Shown: positions 23,206 through 36,523 of the stretch, piece after piece | Layout of the letters: every line of letters starts with the position of its first letter | How positions within the stretch are numbered: the stretch's first letter is position 1 | Assembly: GCF_001194135.2 (NCBI RefSeq) | Contig: NC_068985.1 | Coordinates: 44,346,971 to 44,410,970, forward strand | Length of the DNA stretch: 64,000 nucleotides | DNA from: Octopus bimaculoides | Taxonomy: Eukaryota | Reading direction: 5' to 3' | Notes under the pieces: model-generated | What the model was told of the DNA's origin: nothing | The model's input: the letters and a program-made list of their open reading frames with translations, nothing else | Databases searched by the model: none | Made by a program: the position numbers and the translations under genes

Positions 23206-25129
23206 AGAAATTTTTCCTTCTTCAAAATGGAATTTCCTTAAAAAATCCATTACTGTTGTACTGTAGGAAGGTTATTTTACCTATAAATCTTGCAAAACAG
23301 ATAACAAAAATGAAACATATTTATATTTCTTTAACTGGTTTCAGTCAGTGGACTGTGGCCATGTTGGAGCATTGCCTTGATCATCAGTTATATCACCTAA
23401 AGTACTTTATCTAATTTTAACTTTATTGATTGCTTAAGTTCAGCTCAATGTAAAGGGACAAAACTACAATAGAATATATACTGCTATTTCTAGTGGGCAA
23501 GTATCTATCATTGATGAGACCAAGGAAGGTAGAAACATATCATCTGATAGTTTTGGTGCTGGAAGTGGCGGGTATTTATCTCCCTGCTAGCGATATAACC
23601 AAGTGTGCATTTTGTATCAAAAGCCAATATGAGAGTTTCTCATATATCTACTGCAGCATAGTTTGTTTTAATAGAATATCTACATTTATGTGGGGATAAA
23701 CACTGCAAAGTACTTTTTGTTTCATGCACTGATTTATACTAGCATTCCTTCACAAGCAGACACACACAATAGGCTTCTGCAGAGTTTCCACCAACAGAAC
23801 TTCCTTCCATCAGATCTAGCTTTCCTCTCTACTACTGCTTCTATCACAGCCACCTTCCCACCCAACATATGCTACTCTTTATTTACATCACCAGAGAATA
23901 ACTGCCACCAGCCCCTCTCTCTACACATCATCAACTGATACCACTGCAAATCCTCTAACCACTTCCTCTACTACACCTTACATGTGTTACCTAACATCCT
24001 AGTTGTAATGGTTAATACACAACAGATGTAGATTTCCAGCTACATTTCTTATCTATTATCCCAATTACAATATTCCCAATGCATATTATATTCAAGGAAG
24101 AAAACACCAATTTTTCTTGAACACAAACACGTTCACAAAGGAGCCTCCATGTAGCAGTTAGTGCTGGTAGAAATATCAGATGTTCTTTAAATCAAACCCT
24201 ACTAAGTATGCATGAGTCAATGAGGAAACCTGTACATAGTTATTAGTATTGGTAAATATAGTTGTTAAATTTGCCTCAAATCACACGCTACTGTATTATG
24301 TTATGTGTCTAAGTAAACAAGAAATACATCAATATGGTGGACAGTCTTAAAAGAAAATGCAACCATATCTTCCTCATATCACAGCTGCCTGTTTTACGTG
24401 CATATACATTTATGAATTAACAAATGAATTCTTCATTAATTCTACTATAAATTCAGCTCTAAGAGGTATATTATCAACATATTGTAAATTTATGTATATT
24501 TACATAAAGTCTCTAATTATACCATCACAGATGACTGCAGTCTCCTTGGGCTTCCTTGTTAAAGAATGCATTGGAATAATCTTAAAGTTTAATGACATAA
24601 GAACAAACACATACATATCCATATGGTGAACTTCCTTCAATTTCTGTCAACCAAATTCACTCATATGTCATTGGTTGGCCTGGGTTTATAGTACAAATCA
24701 ACTGCCCCAAATAGTACAATTGAACCCCAAACTACAGGGAACAATGTGAACCTCTTATATATATATATATATATACACACACACCTTTTAACCAGTATCA
24801 GTCAATAGACTGCAGCAATGTTGAGGCACTGCCTTAACCTGGCTATTTATTTTCAAGAATACTACTTACTTTGTCTATCTACATTTGTCAATTTGCTAAG
24901 TTATGGATCTAAATAAAGAAGAGCACTAGTATTATGTGATGTCAATACAAAAACAGATATGGGAACTGATATGGTTCAATGCCACCATCATAATCATCAT
25001 CCTATTTTCAAATATCCACTTCTCAAGGTTTGCATTGGTCATATGGAATTCATTGAGAGGCAGATTTTCTACAGATGGATACCCTTCTTGTCACTAACAC
25101 TTAGTCACTAACACTGCTGATCTCTTATT

Positions 25130-25598
25130 GTGGAGGGAACATGTGAAAGGGATGGACCAAGAAAGACGTGGGATGAAGTAGTCAGAAAGATCCTCAGGCA
25201 TCCTCTCACAGAGGGGATGATAAAGGACTGAGACTTCTGGCAGTTTGCTGTGCTCGAGAAGACATGTCAAGCTAAGTAAAATTGTGGCTGTCCTTGCAGA
25301 TAGGCATGTCCACTACATCTCTCTTCAGCTGAGTGATCCTAATCTTGTAAGCTTGTGGGAACTGGTACCATGTAAGAAGCACCCATGCTGGTGCTATCCA
25401 TATAAAAGCACCTGTGCCAGTGCTGCATAAAAGCACCCAGTACACTCTGTAAAGTAGCTGGCATTAGGAAGGGCATCCAGCCATAGAAATTATGCCATAC
25501 CAGACAAAATAGACCCCAGGTAGCTCTCTAGCTGGCCTGCTCCTGTCAAACTGTCCAACCCATGCCAGCATGGAAAATGGACGTTAAATGATAATGAT
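25130..25598 (+). mobile_element. RTE-clade LINE 3' end (RT C-terminus and 3' UTR)
   Basis: VEGTCERDGPRKTWDEVVRK...DFWQFAVLEKTCQAK*, then a UTR ending CATGCCAGCATGGAAAATGGACGTTAAATGATAATG. Confidence 0.85.
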
Positions 25599-26019
25599 GG
25601 ATGGATATGTTTTCATGGAAGGCTGGAAATGAATCACTGCTTTTATGGCGATAATGCTCATTTATAAGCATCAAGTGATATTCAGACAATTACATATACA
25701 TACATACACAGAAACACAATCACACATACATGCATGCACATATATACACATGCACACATACAGCAGGCTTCTTTCAGCATTTGTCCACTAAATATACTCA
25801 AAAGGCTTTGGTCAACCTGAGGCTATAGTACAAAACACTTACTCAAGATACCACAGTTACAGACATAAGAACACATGTGTGTGTGTGCTTGTGCTTACCA
25901 GTGCTAACGGGAGATATGTCTCTTTATGTCGAAGACTCTGAGTTAGACTTTTGATAAATAAAGACTGATTAGATAAAGACCACTCTGAATGAAATAAGTA
26001 CTGGGGATAATATGATTGA

Positions 26020-26246
26020 TTAACCCTTTAGTGTTCAGATTATTCTATCAAACATAATGCTTATTGATTCACATTGATTTGAATTAATCATGCATTATCT
26101 CATATCTTCAAGATCTTGATGGTGTAATTACTTAAAGTAGAATAACATTGTAGGGTAGGTGTGACAGCCTGGATCTGGTCAGTTTGAACATAAAACAGAT
26201 TAAATATTTTGGCCGGATATGGCCGGTTTAAATACTAAAGGGTTAA
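26020..26246 (-). mobile_element. piggyBac-type MITE, copy 2, inserted into a family A SINE tail
   Basis: TTAA-CCCTTTAG...CTAAAGGG-TTAA; the interior is the reverse complement of copy 1; the flanks rejoin as the SINE tail. Confidence 0.85.
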
Positions 26247-26305
26247 AACACTTGGAGGTAGTGCTCTAGCATGGCTGCAGACCAAGGACTGAAATAAGTA
26301 AACAG

Positions 26306-26337
<32 letters not shown>

Positions 26338-26646
26338 CATACACATGCATAGATAGATACACTTCATATGCATGTTAATGTCGTATCTATTACATAGCTA
26401 ACTAGTTTATGAAACAACTGTAAACAAATGGAATAGACATCTAGTCTCTCACCTCACTTCTCTTATCTGTTGTATTTATAGAGATTTTCTCCATCACTGT
26501 AGCTCCTGGATTTTCAGAACAATGTGATGGTTTACTCTAACCTCAAGCATGGAAATTCTTGTAAGCCATGCACTTGGCAGAGAGCTTAATGTGAGATCTG
26601 TTTGATTCTTTGAATCCTTACTACTACTACTACTACTACTACTACA

Positions 26647-26709
<63 letters not shown>

Positions 26710-26879
26710 TACATGTGCACAGTGCGTGTGATAGCCAGTTGTATATAACATGATGTTTATTGATCACTTGGCTTGGGGAAAAATGGGTGTGGAGTGGGTG
26801 TAGAAGGAACTTGTAGAGAATCTGAAGAAGGATATTAATCAGTAGAGATGGCTTGATTCAGTTGACCAAGTCAGTGTAG

Positions 26880-27445
26880 ATGGACAGATTTGTTGAAGAG
26901 AGAGGGAGATAAGAGGGAGGGGGGACGACGAGAAAAAGAGGGGCGAAGAAAGAGATGAGGGGAAAGGGGGAAGAGAGATGAGGGATCTAAGGAAGACTGA
27001 AGAGGGAGAGGGAAAAGGAAGGATAAGAGAGCTGGTGAGTGAGGGAGGAGGGCTGGATACAGGAAGGGAGAAGGGCTAGGAAATTGCTGGAAATGGAGAG
27101 AGTGGAAAGAGAGCGGTTGAATAGGAGAGAGAAGAGAGAGAGAGAGAGAGAAAGAAAGAGAGAGAGAGAGAGGGGGGGAGGGAGAGTAAGAGGGGTAAGA
27201 TGTAGAAGGACTAGAAAGGCAGAGATAAGAGAGAATAGAAGAAATATGAGTATAGACAGCAAATAGAGAGAGAGGGGGGGAGAAAGAGAGAGAGGGGGAG
27301 AGAGAAAGAGAGAGAGAGAGGGGGGAAAGAGAGAGGCGAAGATAGAAAGAGAGAGAGGAAGGGAAGAAGTTAGAAAAACGCAGAGGAAGATAAAGAAATG
27401 GAAAAACAAAAATGAAGTAAGCAAGGAAGTAGGGAAGCAAGAGAA
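26880..27445. repeat. Polypurine (GA-rich) low-complexity tract; similar tracts at 11281-11530 and 40870-41412
   Basis: Almost pure A/G on the plus strand; source of the Leu/Ser/Pro- and Arg/Glu-rich ORFs. Confidence 0.95.
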
Positions 27446-27589
27446 GAAAAAAACATTACCTCCTTTTACACATATTTATGCATTGCAATGATGTGTTTAC
27501 ATAGGGAAGCAAGCAAAAACAACACCTACTGTGTGTGTGTGTGTATGAGGGACTTAAAACAAACACTGAGAGGATTACTAGATATTAAT

Positions 27590-27797
27590 GGATGACGGCA
27601 CACACATACAGATATACAAACATACATATACAGCCAAATGCACTCAGGCATACACGTATATATATGAACAGTCTAATGTACAGGCATGCACACGTACGTA
27701 TACTCTAATGTGTATATGTATGTATTCATACTGTCTGACGCATGCTCACAGGCAAACATGCAATCCAATTCACACATACACACACATGTACATACAT

Positions 27798-27828
<31 letters not shown>

Positions 27829-27917
27829 CATATATATATACATACATACATATAAAGATAGATATATATATACATAGATATATACATACATACAAGCATA
27901 GATATATATACATACAT

Positions 27918-27969
<52 letters not shown>

Positions 27970-28098
27970 TTAGCACATACCTGTATAAAGTGAAAATAGA
28001 AATTAACATATGCATACGTGCAGAGAGTGATATGTGCAAATATACACGTGTGTACACGTATCTACAAACACAAATGTATATGTTTGTGTGTTTACGTC

Positions 28099-28148
<50 letters not shown>

Positions 28149-28150
28149 TA
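27590..28150. repeat. Compound (CA)/(TA) microsatellite field; similar at 8190-8400, 20935-21660, 49790-50215, 52220-53040, 53310-53420 (includes GATA), 61400-61930
   Basis: Visible dinucleotide and tetranucleotide runs. Confidence 0.95.
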
Positions 28151-28451
28151 AATGTTATGGCCAGTCATAGAATGAACACTTGTTTCACACCTATGAAGCA
28201 CTTTTCAATATGGCTGAAAGCACATAACCTCTCCACAACTGATTCCAGCCATAACATTTAACTTCCTAAAAAATATATTCTTTTCAGCTCTAGGCACAAG
28301 GCCCGAAAATTTTGGGGATATGGGGTAGTTGATTAGATGGATCCCAGTATGCAACCGATACTTAATTTATTGACCCCTGAAAGGATATTCCTAAAAAATA
28401 TATTACTGTTCTAATGCTTTACAGTGTGCTTCTTTTTCGGATGTATCTTTC

Positions 28452-28836
28452 CTCTTTTACTTGTTTCAGTCATTAGCCTGTGGCCATGCTGGAGTACCTC
28501 CTTGAAGAATTTTTTGTTGAATATATTAATGCCAATACTTATTTTCTTTAAAGCCTAGTGCTTATTCTATTGGTCTCTTTACCTGAAATGATAAGTTACA
28601 GGGACTTAAACACACTAACTCCAGTTCTTAAGCAGTGGTGAGGAACAAACACAGACAGAACGACACACACACATATACATGTATATACGATGGGCTTCTT
28701 CCAGTTTCTGTCTACCAATTCCACTCACAAGGTTTTGGTCAGCCTGAGGCTATAGTAGAAGACATTTGCCCAAGGTGTCAAGCAGTGGGGACAGAACCCA
28801 AAACCATGTGATTGAGAAGCAAGTTTCTTACCATAT
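28452..28836 (-). mobile_element. Family A SINE, near full length
   Basis: Tail, ACTCACAAGG.TTTGGTC core and GTGGGGACAGAACCC (B box on the minus strand). Confidence 0.8.
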
Positions 28837-29076
28837 ACAAAAGTCACCCGACAGTAAATCAAAATTCCGTAAATACTTAATATTCAACTTAATTTATTCA
28901 TTTGGGAAAATGGTGTTGCTCGAGAAGGACATCAGTTTGAACAATTTACATGATGTTTCATATTTAGATGCTTTTATTAAATTCATTCAGTTATTAAAAT
29001 AAATCTTGGAATTAAATGGTTTTGATTTACTGTCAGGTGACTTTTAGCCAACCCTGTATATGTATATATATATATG

Positions 29077-29120
<44 letters not shown>

Positions 29121-29124
<4 letters not shown>

Positions 29125-29365
29125 GGTAAAGACCCCCTTTCAGTTATGAATGACGATGGGGTCATACCAAGAAAGTTCTTCTCTGAGGCACAAGTCCGGC
29201 CAAGACTGTTTAGGGAAGATCAGCAGTCACCCATGCATACCATCCTCCCCTCTCTATGCCACTGATGTTGTCCAAGGGAAAGGCAAAGCTTGATACAGAG
29301 TGGCACCAGTGACATTGCAACTTATTTCTACAGCTGAGAGAACTGGAGCAACATAAAATAAGGCA
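29121..29365 (-). mobile_element. Family C SINE, head missing
   Basis: Reverse complement of the 39700-39927 segment, starting TAAAGGTAAAGACCCCC. Confidence 0.8.
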
Positions 29366-30392
29366 ACATGCATACAAGCACACACACACAGACACATGCA
29401 GTAGGATTTTTCAATTTCTGTCCACCAAATCCACTCACAATGCTTTAGTTGACCCTCAGATATAATAGAAGATGCTTGCCCTGGGTGCTGTACAGTGAGA
29501 CTGAACTCAAGACCACATGGTTAGGAAGCAAGAATGTTAACCATAGCCCCTACACACACACTCCTACATACAAACTCACGCACATAGCATGGATTATAAA
29601 TTACTGTATAATTGTGTGTAGGGACTAGCTTACAAGAATAATAACAAGATACACCTAAACACATCTACATACACAAACATGCTTAGTGTATTATTTATGT
29701 AGAGATAAAAAGGCAGATGCGCTTACACACACACACTCACTTTATATACATGAGCAGCTTTACATGTGGATAAAGTATATAAATTAGCAGATATGTATAT
29801 GCACAGAAATAGGTGTGTCTATACACAGGTACACACAAATATATCAACCACACACATACATGTTTGTTCATGTGTATATAAATGCAAACACAAACATTGA
29901 CATACATATGGGTATGTGCATATTTTATTCACACGTACACACACACTTGTGCTTAGACATATAAGAAACAATATGCAGATATACACACATTCTGTAAAAT
30001 TATGTCTTGAGGAAAACCTGAAAATAGCGTTATTGCAACATACACTGAAGTATTTATATTATAGAGTAGATTATGAAAAAGGAGAAGGTATATACATGTA
30101 TGTGTGCATGTATACACACACACTATGATGGGTGGTATATTCAGTCATGCTTATACAGAGAGAAAAATAAAAATTAGGAGCAATATTCTAGTCAATATTC
30201 TAGTAAAATAGGAATTATAGCCTCACATTCACAAGCAGCAGTGGGGCTAATTTATTGTTAGGTGCTCCACAGGTCAGCATAGCTAGACACTATTTTCAGC
30301 TTGTCTGGGCACAGAAGGGGCTGTATTGTTTTTATAGTGGTTCATTGCAAACCTAGGTTAATGTAGTATTTAACACTGTCTCAAACTTCCCT

Positions 30393-30434
<42 letters not shown>

Positions 30435-31452
30435 AAGAGAGAGAAAGAGAGAGAAAGAGAGAGTGAGAGAGAGAAAGAGGGTGTGTGTGTGTGTGTGTGT
30501 GTGTGTGAAGGCCAATATTCCATTAATATTTGTGTAAGTGTATAGTAGACGTGTATGGTCTGAATCAATAATTTAACTAAGTGATCCAATACAAACGAAC
30601 ATGAATAATCCACCACTCAGACAGACATATTGTACCACGGGAAGCAAAACAGATTACTTTTAGGAAAAGTCAAAAAAAAAAAAATTTAGTTTTTATATAT
30701 AGATGCAGATGTGACTGTGTGGTTGAGAAGCTTGTTTCTAAGCCATGCGGCCTCGAGCTCAGGCTCACTGCATGGCATATAGGGCGAGTGTCCTCTACTG
30801 TGGAGCCCAGACTGACCAAGGCCTTGTGAATGAATTTGGTAAACTGAAACTGAAAGAAGCCCAATCATACTTTGACACTGTCAGGACTGAGAACCCTGTT
30901 TACTAGCAACTGATACTTTAAATAAAGTGTTAAACAGTTGTGGTATGCAAATTAGTAGCTCCAATTTTCTGTTACAACTGGATTTGTTGAATGTATAAAC
31001 GGATTGGCAGCTTATTTCTTTGAGACTGGTCAAATGATGTAGAAATCTCTGATGAGAACTCAATAAGACTCAAAAATCAGTTAAGGCTGTTCTTCACTTT
31101 CTTTTTTCAATTGACAGAGAAATAGGTGAATTTGTCATGTTTGTATTCATTCTATATAGGTTTCCACACACATTCACACACATATATGAATGAATGATGA
31201 TAATGATGTGAATGATTCAGGATTGAATGGCTTTGGTGCATCTTTTAACACACCCTTTAATGTCCATTTTCCATATATGTGTGTGTGTGTGTGTATTTGT
31301 GTGTACCCTTATCTTGACATCATGTGAAGGTTGTAAACAAGCAATGTTGTTCATTTCCAGTCTTTTGTTGAAAACATGTCAGACAAGAAACAGGTGAGGG
31401 CTGGTGACAAGAAGGGCTTCTGGCTATAAAACAAATATGCTTCAACAAATTT

Positions 31453-31834
31453 CCTAAACAGAATTATTTTGGTGAACTAACAGTAGGCTCTTAGTCACGT
31501 GGTGGACCAAAGAAAAGATACATAGACACTCTGAAGACAAATTTGAAGAAGTGTAACTTACAGCAGTCCAATTAGGAACATCTTGCTCAAGATCACTCAC
31601 TCTAGAATAGTGCTGTGTAGTCTGGATTACAGAACTCAGAATTGGAAGTGGTTAGCGAAACTAAACAGAGGAGGGTTGCATAGAAAGCAAGAGTCCCACT
31701 GGGTCCTGATCCTGATACTATGCATCCCAAATATACATATGAATTTTATGACAATATTGGCCAAAGAAGTCAACTCTGGACTCACAAAGATTAAAATTGC
31801 AAATCTGGTCATCTTCAGAGACATGAAGGACGAA
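31453..31834 (+). mobile_element. Decayed 3' end of a BovB-like RTE LINE (a different family)
   Basis: PKQNYFGELTVGS*SRGGPKKRYIDTLKTNLKKC...*EHLAQD, with stops where Trp/Arg codons are expected. Confidence 0.75.
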
Positions 31835-31905
31835 TGTCACATACATACCCATTGAATCCTGCCAAACCACCTTACCTATACCAGCATGGAACATGGACAT
31901 TAAAT

Positions 31906-32279
31906 GGAGTGGCTGTGTGGTAAGTAGCTTGCTTACCGACTACATGGTTCTGGGTTCAGTCCCACTGTGTGGCACCTTGGGCAAGTGTTTCCTACTATAG
32001 CCTCGGGCCGACCAAAGCCTTGTGAGTGGATTTGGTAGACGGAAACTGAAAGAAGCCCATCGTATATATGTATATATATATATATATGTGTGTATGTGTG
32101 TGTATATGTTTGTGTGTCTGTGTTTGTTCCCCAACATCGGTTGACAACCGATGCTGGTGTGTTTATGTCCCCGGAACTTAGCGGTTCGGCAAAACAGACC
32201 GACAGAATAAGTACTAGGCTTACAAAGAATAAGTCCTAGGGTCGATTTGCTCGACTAAAGGTGGTGCTCCAGCATAGCC
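31906..32279 (+). mobile_element. Family A SINE, young and near full length, ends at a gap
   Basis: TGGCTGTGTGG A box, GGTTCAGTCCC B box, GGCACCTTGGGCAAG core, internal (AT)/(GT) microsatellite, GGTGGTGCTCCAGCAT tail. At least 20 more fragments occur (e.g. 2810, 6565, 8770, 9370, 16530, 24625, 25760, 29395, 30705, 37330, 38070, 42125, 46205, 48285, 51405). Confidence 0.9.
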
Positions 32280-32693
32280 NNNNNNNNNNNNNNNNNNNNN
32301 NNNNNNNNNNNNNNNNNNNNNNNNNNNNNNNNNNNNNNNNNNNNNNNNNNNNNNNNNNNNNNNNNNNNNNNNNNNNNNNNNNNNNNNNNNNNNNNNNNNN
32401 NNNNNNNNNNNNNNNNNNNNNNNNNNNNNNNNNNNNNNNNNNNNNNNNNNNNNNNNNNNNNNNNNNNNNNNNNNNNNNNNNNNNNNNNNNNNNNNNNNNN
32501 NNNNNNNNNNNNNNNNNNNNNNNNNNNNNNNNNNNNNNNNNNNNNNNNNNNNNNNNNNNNNNNNNNNNNNNNNNNNNNNNNNNNNNNNNNNNNNNNNNNN
32601 NNNNNNNNNNNNNNNNNNNNNNNNNNNNNNNNNNNNNNNNNNNNNNNNNNNNNNNNNNNNNNNNNNNNNNNNNNNNNNNNNNNNNNNNNNNNN
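32280..32693. other. Assembly gap; other large gaps at 48416-48944 and 61089-61416, small ones near 7486, 9911, 20950, 53749
   Basis: Runs of N. Confidence 1.
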
Positions 32694-32954
32694 CATCTTG
32701 ACATAGCGGAGTCTAGCTGAAGATTGCTCTTCATATTGCATTTAAGGTAATGCTCACATTACTTAAATAAATTGAAGTAGCATGAAACGTGCGTACTGCA
32801 ATCACTTTTGAAATCCGTGTTGCTTATTGTTTGATTTTAATCACCCATCCTTTTGGGATGCGATATTCGGGTGCCTTCGCATAAGTACCATATTCAAGCC
32901 TTGAATCTATATCTAAACTGTATATATATATATATATATATACACACAAGATGT

Positions 32955-33325
32955 AGATATGGCTGTGTGGTAGGAAGTTTTCTCCAGGTTCAGTACTCCT
33001 GCATGGCACCTTGGGCAAGCACCATCTTGGGCTGACCAGTGTGTTGTGAGTGGATTTGGCAGATGGAAGCTGAAAGAAGCCTGTTGTGTATGTGTGTGTG
33101 TATGTATGTATGTATGTGTGTGTGTTTGTCCCACACTATCACTTGACAACTGGTGTTATGTGTGTACATCCTCATAACTTAGCAGTTCAGTAAAAGTGTT
33201 CGATGGAATAAGTACCAGGCTTTAAACAAAGTTATAAATACTGGAGGTGATTCATTCAACTAAAATTCTTCAAGGTGGTACCCCCAGCATAATTGCAGCT
33301 AATAACAGAAATAAGCAAAAAATAA

Positions 33326-33326
<1 letters not shown>
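32955..33326 (+). mobile_element. Family A SINE
   Basis: Colinear with 31906-32279 but more diverged. Confidence 0.8.
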
Positions 33327-33362
<36 letters not shown>

Positions 33363-33747
33363 CCTAACCAATTCCACTGCACACAGAAGGCAAACATGTC
33401 ACAAGTAAATAGTCTCTATATATGAAAAATACTTTACAAAAACATATGAGTTGGTACAAGGGAGAAGTACAGGCAGACACCTCAATGTCTTTAGAACAAC
33501 ATCAACATTGCTGCCTCTGTCTTAGAGGGAAAAAAAACAACAGAAACATAAACAAATAGAATTAAATTATTATAATTTTCACAAGCATTTCTTCTTGTAG
33601 TTTTAGTTGTTGTTGTCATTTTACTTATATCTATTTATTGTTTTATTTATTTTTCCGTGCTGCTGTTCGTTGAGGAACTCACAATCATGCCATATAATTA
33701 ACACCAGGGATAAATGTATGGAGGAAATAGTCATAGGATATCGCAGA

Positions 33748-33778
<31 letters not shown>

Positions 33779-34168
33779 TTGGTGATTATGAATCTTGGCA
33801 CCATTTCACATGTGATCTAACACACTCATACACACACACAGACACAGAAACAAAAGTATGCACACATACAAACACACAAATATATATGTACACACAGACA
33901 TACACACACACACTATACAAACAGTAAATTAATGATTTAGTCAACAAAGAACCCATCCTGTAATTTAAAACGGTTAAATCACTTCTCACACTCAGCTGCC
34001 GAATTCTATTATTTTTTATTTATTTATCTATTTGCATAGAAACACTTAATTTACAGCACACACACACACACACACGCTGCCATCTCATTTTCTCCATTTG
34101 CATGTGATAGACGGATTAGCGTGGCATCATCCAGTAGAGACTGCTAAATATCCCACCACCACACACAC

Positions 34169-34211
<43 letters not shown>

Positions 34212-34804
34212 ATAAAATAACAGAGGAGTAATTTAGAACATCTAACAGGTGTGGTAAAGGTTCACATACCAGAACTTGTTTAACTGGAGCAAACACAGTT
34301 GATATTACATCACACATCAGCTTTCTTAAAGTCTATTGCTCTTTTCAACTGATGTACATATTTGAATACACACACACACCTACATATATTTCTCTGTGTG
34401 TGTGTGTGTGTGTGTATGTGTGTGTGTGTTTTAGTCAGGCTCAGACAGGTCTCAGTGACCTTCAACAAGATCATAGTACTCTCAAATGATGAGGTCTTGA
34501 TGATGGGCTCTTTCCTGTTTATGGGGTAGATCAGATCAAAAAGATAATGGGGGTGATAAAATATATCATCACTTAGAGGAAGAAGTGTAGTACCCTTGAC
34601 TTTTTACAGAATCTCTGAAATTGGTGGAGGTGGGGGGGGGAGATGGAAGTTATTCTTAGACCATGCACTTGGACCAAATTCTGGAAACAGAGAACGAAGA
34701 ATCAGGTACTGATGTTAAACTGGACAATGCTTTTTATATCAGTTTAGCAGGGGAAGCAAACCACACCAAAGCCATCCATTGCAATCTGGTAGCATGTTAG
34801 CATG

Positions 34805-35105
34805 TATTATCATCATCATTATCATCGTTTAACGTCCGCTTTCCATGCTGCCATGGGTTGGACGGTTTGACTGAGGACTGGTGAGCCAGATGGTTGTACC
34901 AGGCTCCAATCTGATCTGGCAGAGTTTCTACAGCTGGATGCCCTTCCTAACGCCTACCACTCCAAGAGTGTAGTGGGTGCTTTTACATACCACCGGCACG
35001 AAGGCCAATCAGGAGGTACTGGCAATGGCCACGCTCAAATTGTGTTTTTATGCGTCACCTGCACAGGAGCCAGTCCAGCGGCACTGGCAACGCCCTCGTT
35101 CGAAT
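34805..35105 (-). mobile_element. RTE 3' UTR fragment (young); similar fragments near 2905, 6690, 9030, 16880, 37085, 43820, 49205, 59775
   Basis: CATCGTTTAACGTCCGCTTTCCATGCTG.CATGGGTTGG and GCTGGATGCCCTTCCTAACGCC, reverse complement of the 25440-25598 UTR. Confidence 0.8.
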
Positions 35106-35238
35106 TAATTGCTTTAGGAACCTACATAGTTGCTAGCAGACACAGATGTCTGCTCATCCAGCTTGAGTCAGCAGATCATTTGAGGATGTGACAACTGGAG
35201 GAACAGAGGGTTGCACCAGCATTCAGCACTCAGACTGG

Positions 35239-36162
35239 GACATTGAAAATTTGGTAAAATCATGTAGAGGTTTTGCACAAGAAGCCAAGGCACCACCAGT
35301 GAAATATCAATTATGGCCTGAGATGGATAGACCGTGGTCCAGGGTACATATAGACCACATTGGACCAGTGAATGGCATGTACTACTTGATCATTGTTGAT
35401 AGTGTTACCAAGTAGTCAAAAGTATGTAGATGCAGTCAACCTACCTTGAAGGCAACAATAAAGTTCCTGTACAAACTTTTTGCTAAATACAGTGTTCGTG
35501 AGACCATAGTATCAGACAATGGAACACAATTTACAGGATACGAGTTCAAGAAATTCTGCAAAATGCATGCAATCAAGCACATGTTTACCGCACCCTACCA
35601 CCCGAGGTCAAATGGGCAAGCAAAACGATTTGTAGATACTTTCAAGCAAGCACTAAAAAAAGCAAGGAACAAGTTAGGAAATGATGACATACTAACTAAA
35701 TTCTTAAGGATGTACAGAGTAATGCCCAATCCGAATACCAGTTCAGATGAGTCACCTGCAGAGCTAATGTTCACTCAAAAGATTGAATCGATCTTTGACA
35801 AATTGTTGCCAAAGGGAAAACCGTATAGAGAAAATTCAAAAATTCCAACTAAACATTTTGATGTCAAAGACAAAGTCCATTTCAAAGCATACAAGAATGG
35901 TAAAGAGAGTTGGCAGGATGGTGTAGTGACTAAAAGAATTGGAAACATGATGTATTTTATAAAAGGCCAATGATGGGAGCATAAACGACACCTAAATCAA
36001 GTAAAAATCAGACATACAGAAGAAAGGAAGGAAATTCCAATGGGAGTGTTTTACATGTTCAATGTACCAGTACCGAAAGATATGGAACCTAGAAGGAGCA
36101 GTAATAGAAAACATAAACAGACTAAACATTTAGAAATAATTCCTCAGCAGAAAAAGTACTGA
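35239..36162 (+). pseudogene. Ty3/Gypsy (Mag/K02A2.6-like) integrase fragment
   Basis: Single frame DIENLVKSCRGF...PWSRVHIDHIGP...VDSVTK*...ETIVSDNGTQF...APYHPRSNGQAKRFV...SPAELMF. Two stops (35413, 35971), catalytic E changed to K, second zinc-finger C changed to F. Covers ORFs 35188-35415 and 35446-35973. Confidence 0.95.
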
Positions 36163-36262
36163 GCTTCCTAAGGAAGCAAAATTTCAAAAAGGGAGAGGAT
36201 TTGGAAAGAAAGAAAAAAAACAATTTTGTTTCCTATTTAAGTCAAAATCTCAAAAGGCGATA

Positions 36263-36523
36263 TGTTGTAGCGAGAGTCATGACACCCCTTGCGAGAATAG
36301 ACTTGACAGAACGACTATAAATAGTAGTGGTTTGAGTGAGAGACAGAGAGTAGGCGTTAATCACAGGAAATTGTAAGGTGTTGTTTTGGTAGTTTGTCAG
36401 AAAATCATTTGTTGATTCGTGTATAGTTTGTAGAGAGTTTGTTGGATTGTTATGTTGTTACTTTGCTTCAGTATATATTTAATTGTTACTATATGGTTAT
36501 AAATAAGTAGCTAAGATATTGCA
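36263..36523 (+). mobile_element. Probable 3' LTR of the Gypsy element
   Basis: Begins TGTTGTAG after a purine-rich tract, has TATAAATAG near 36315 and can end ...ATATTGCA. No second LTR is present, so the right end is uncertain. Confidence 0.5.

Noticed and set aside
26871-28151. Long ORFs (145-189 aa) rich in L/S/P or H/T/Y/I, and similar ones at 20829, 40806, 49748, 52199
   Set aside because: Translations of GA, CA and TA repeats that lack stops by composition.
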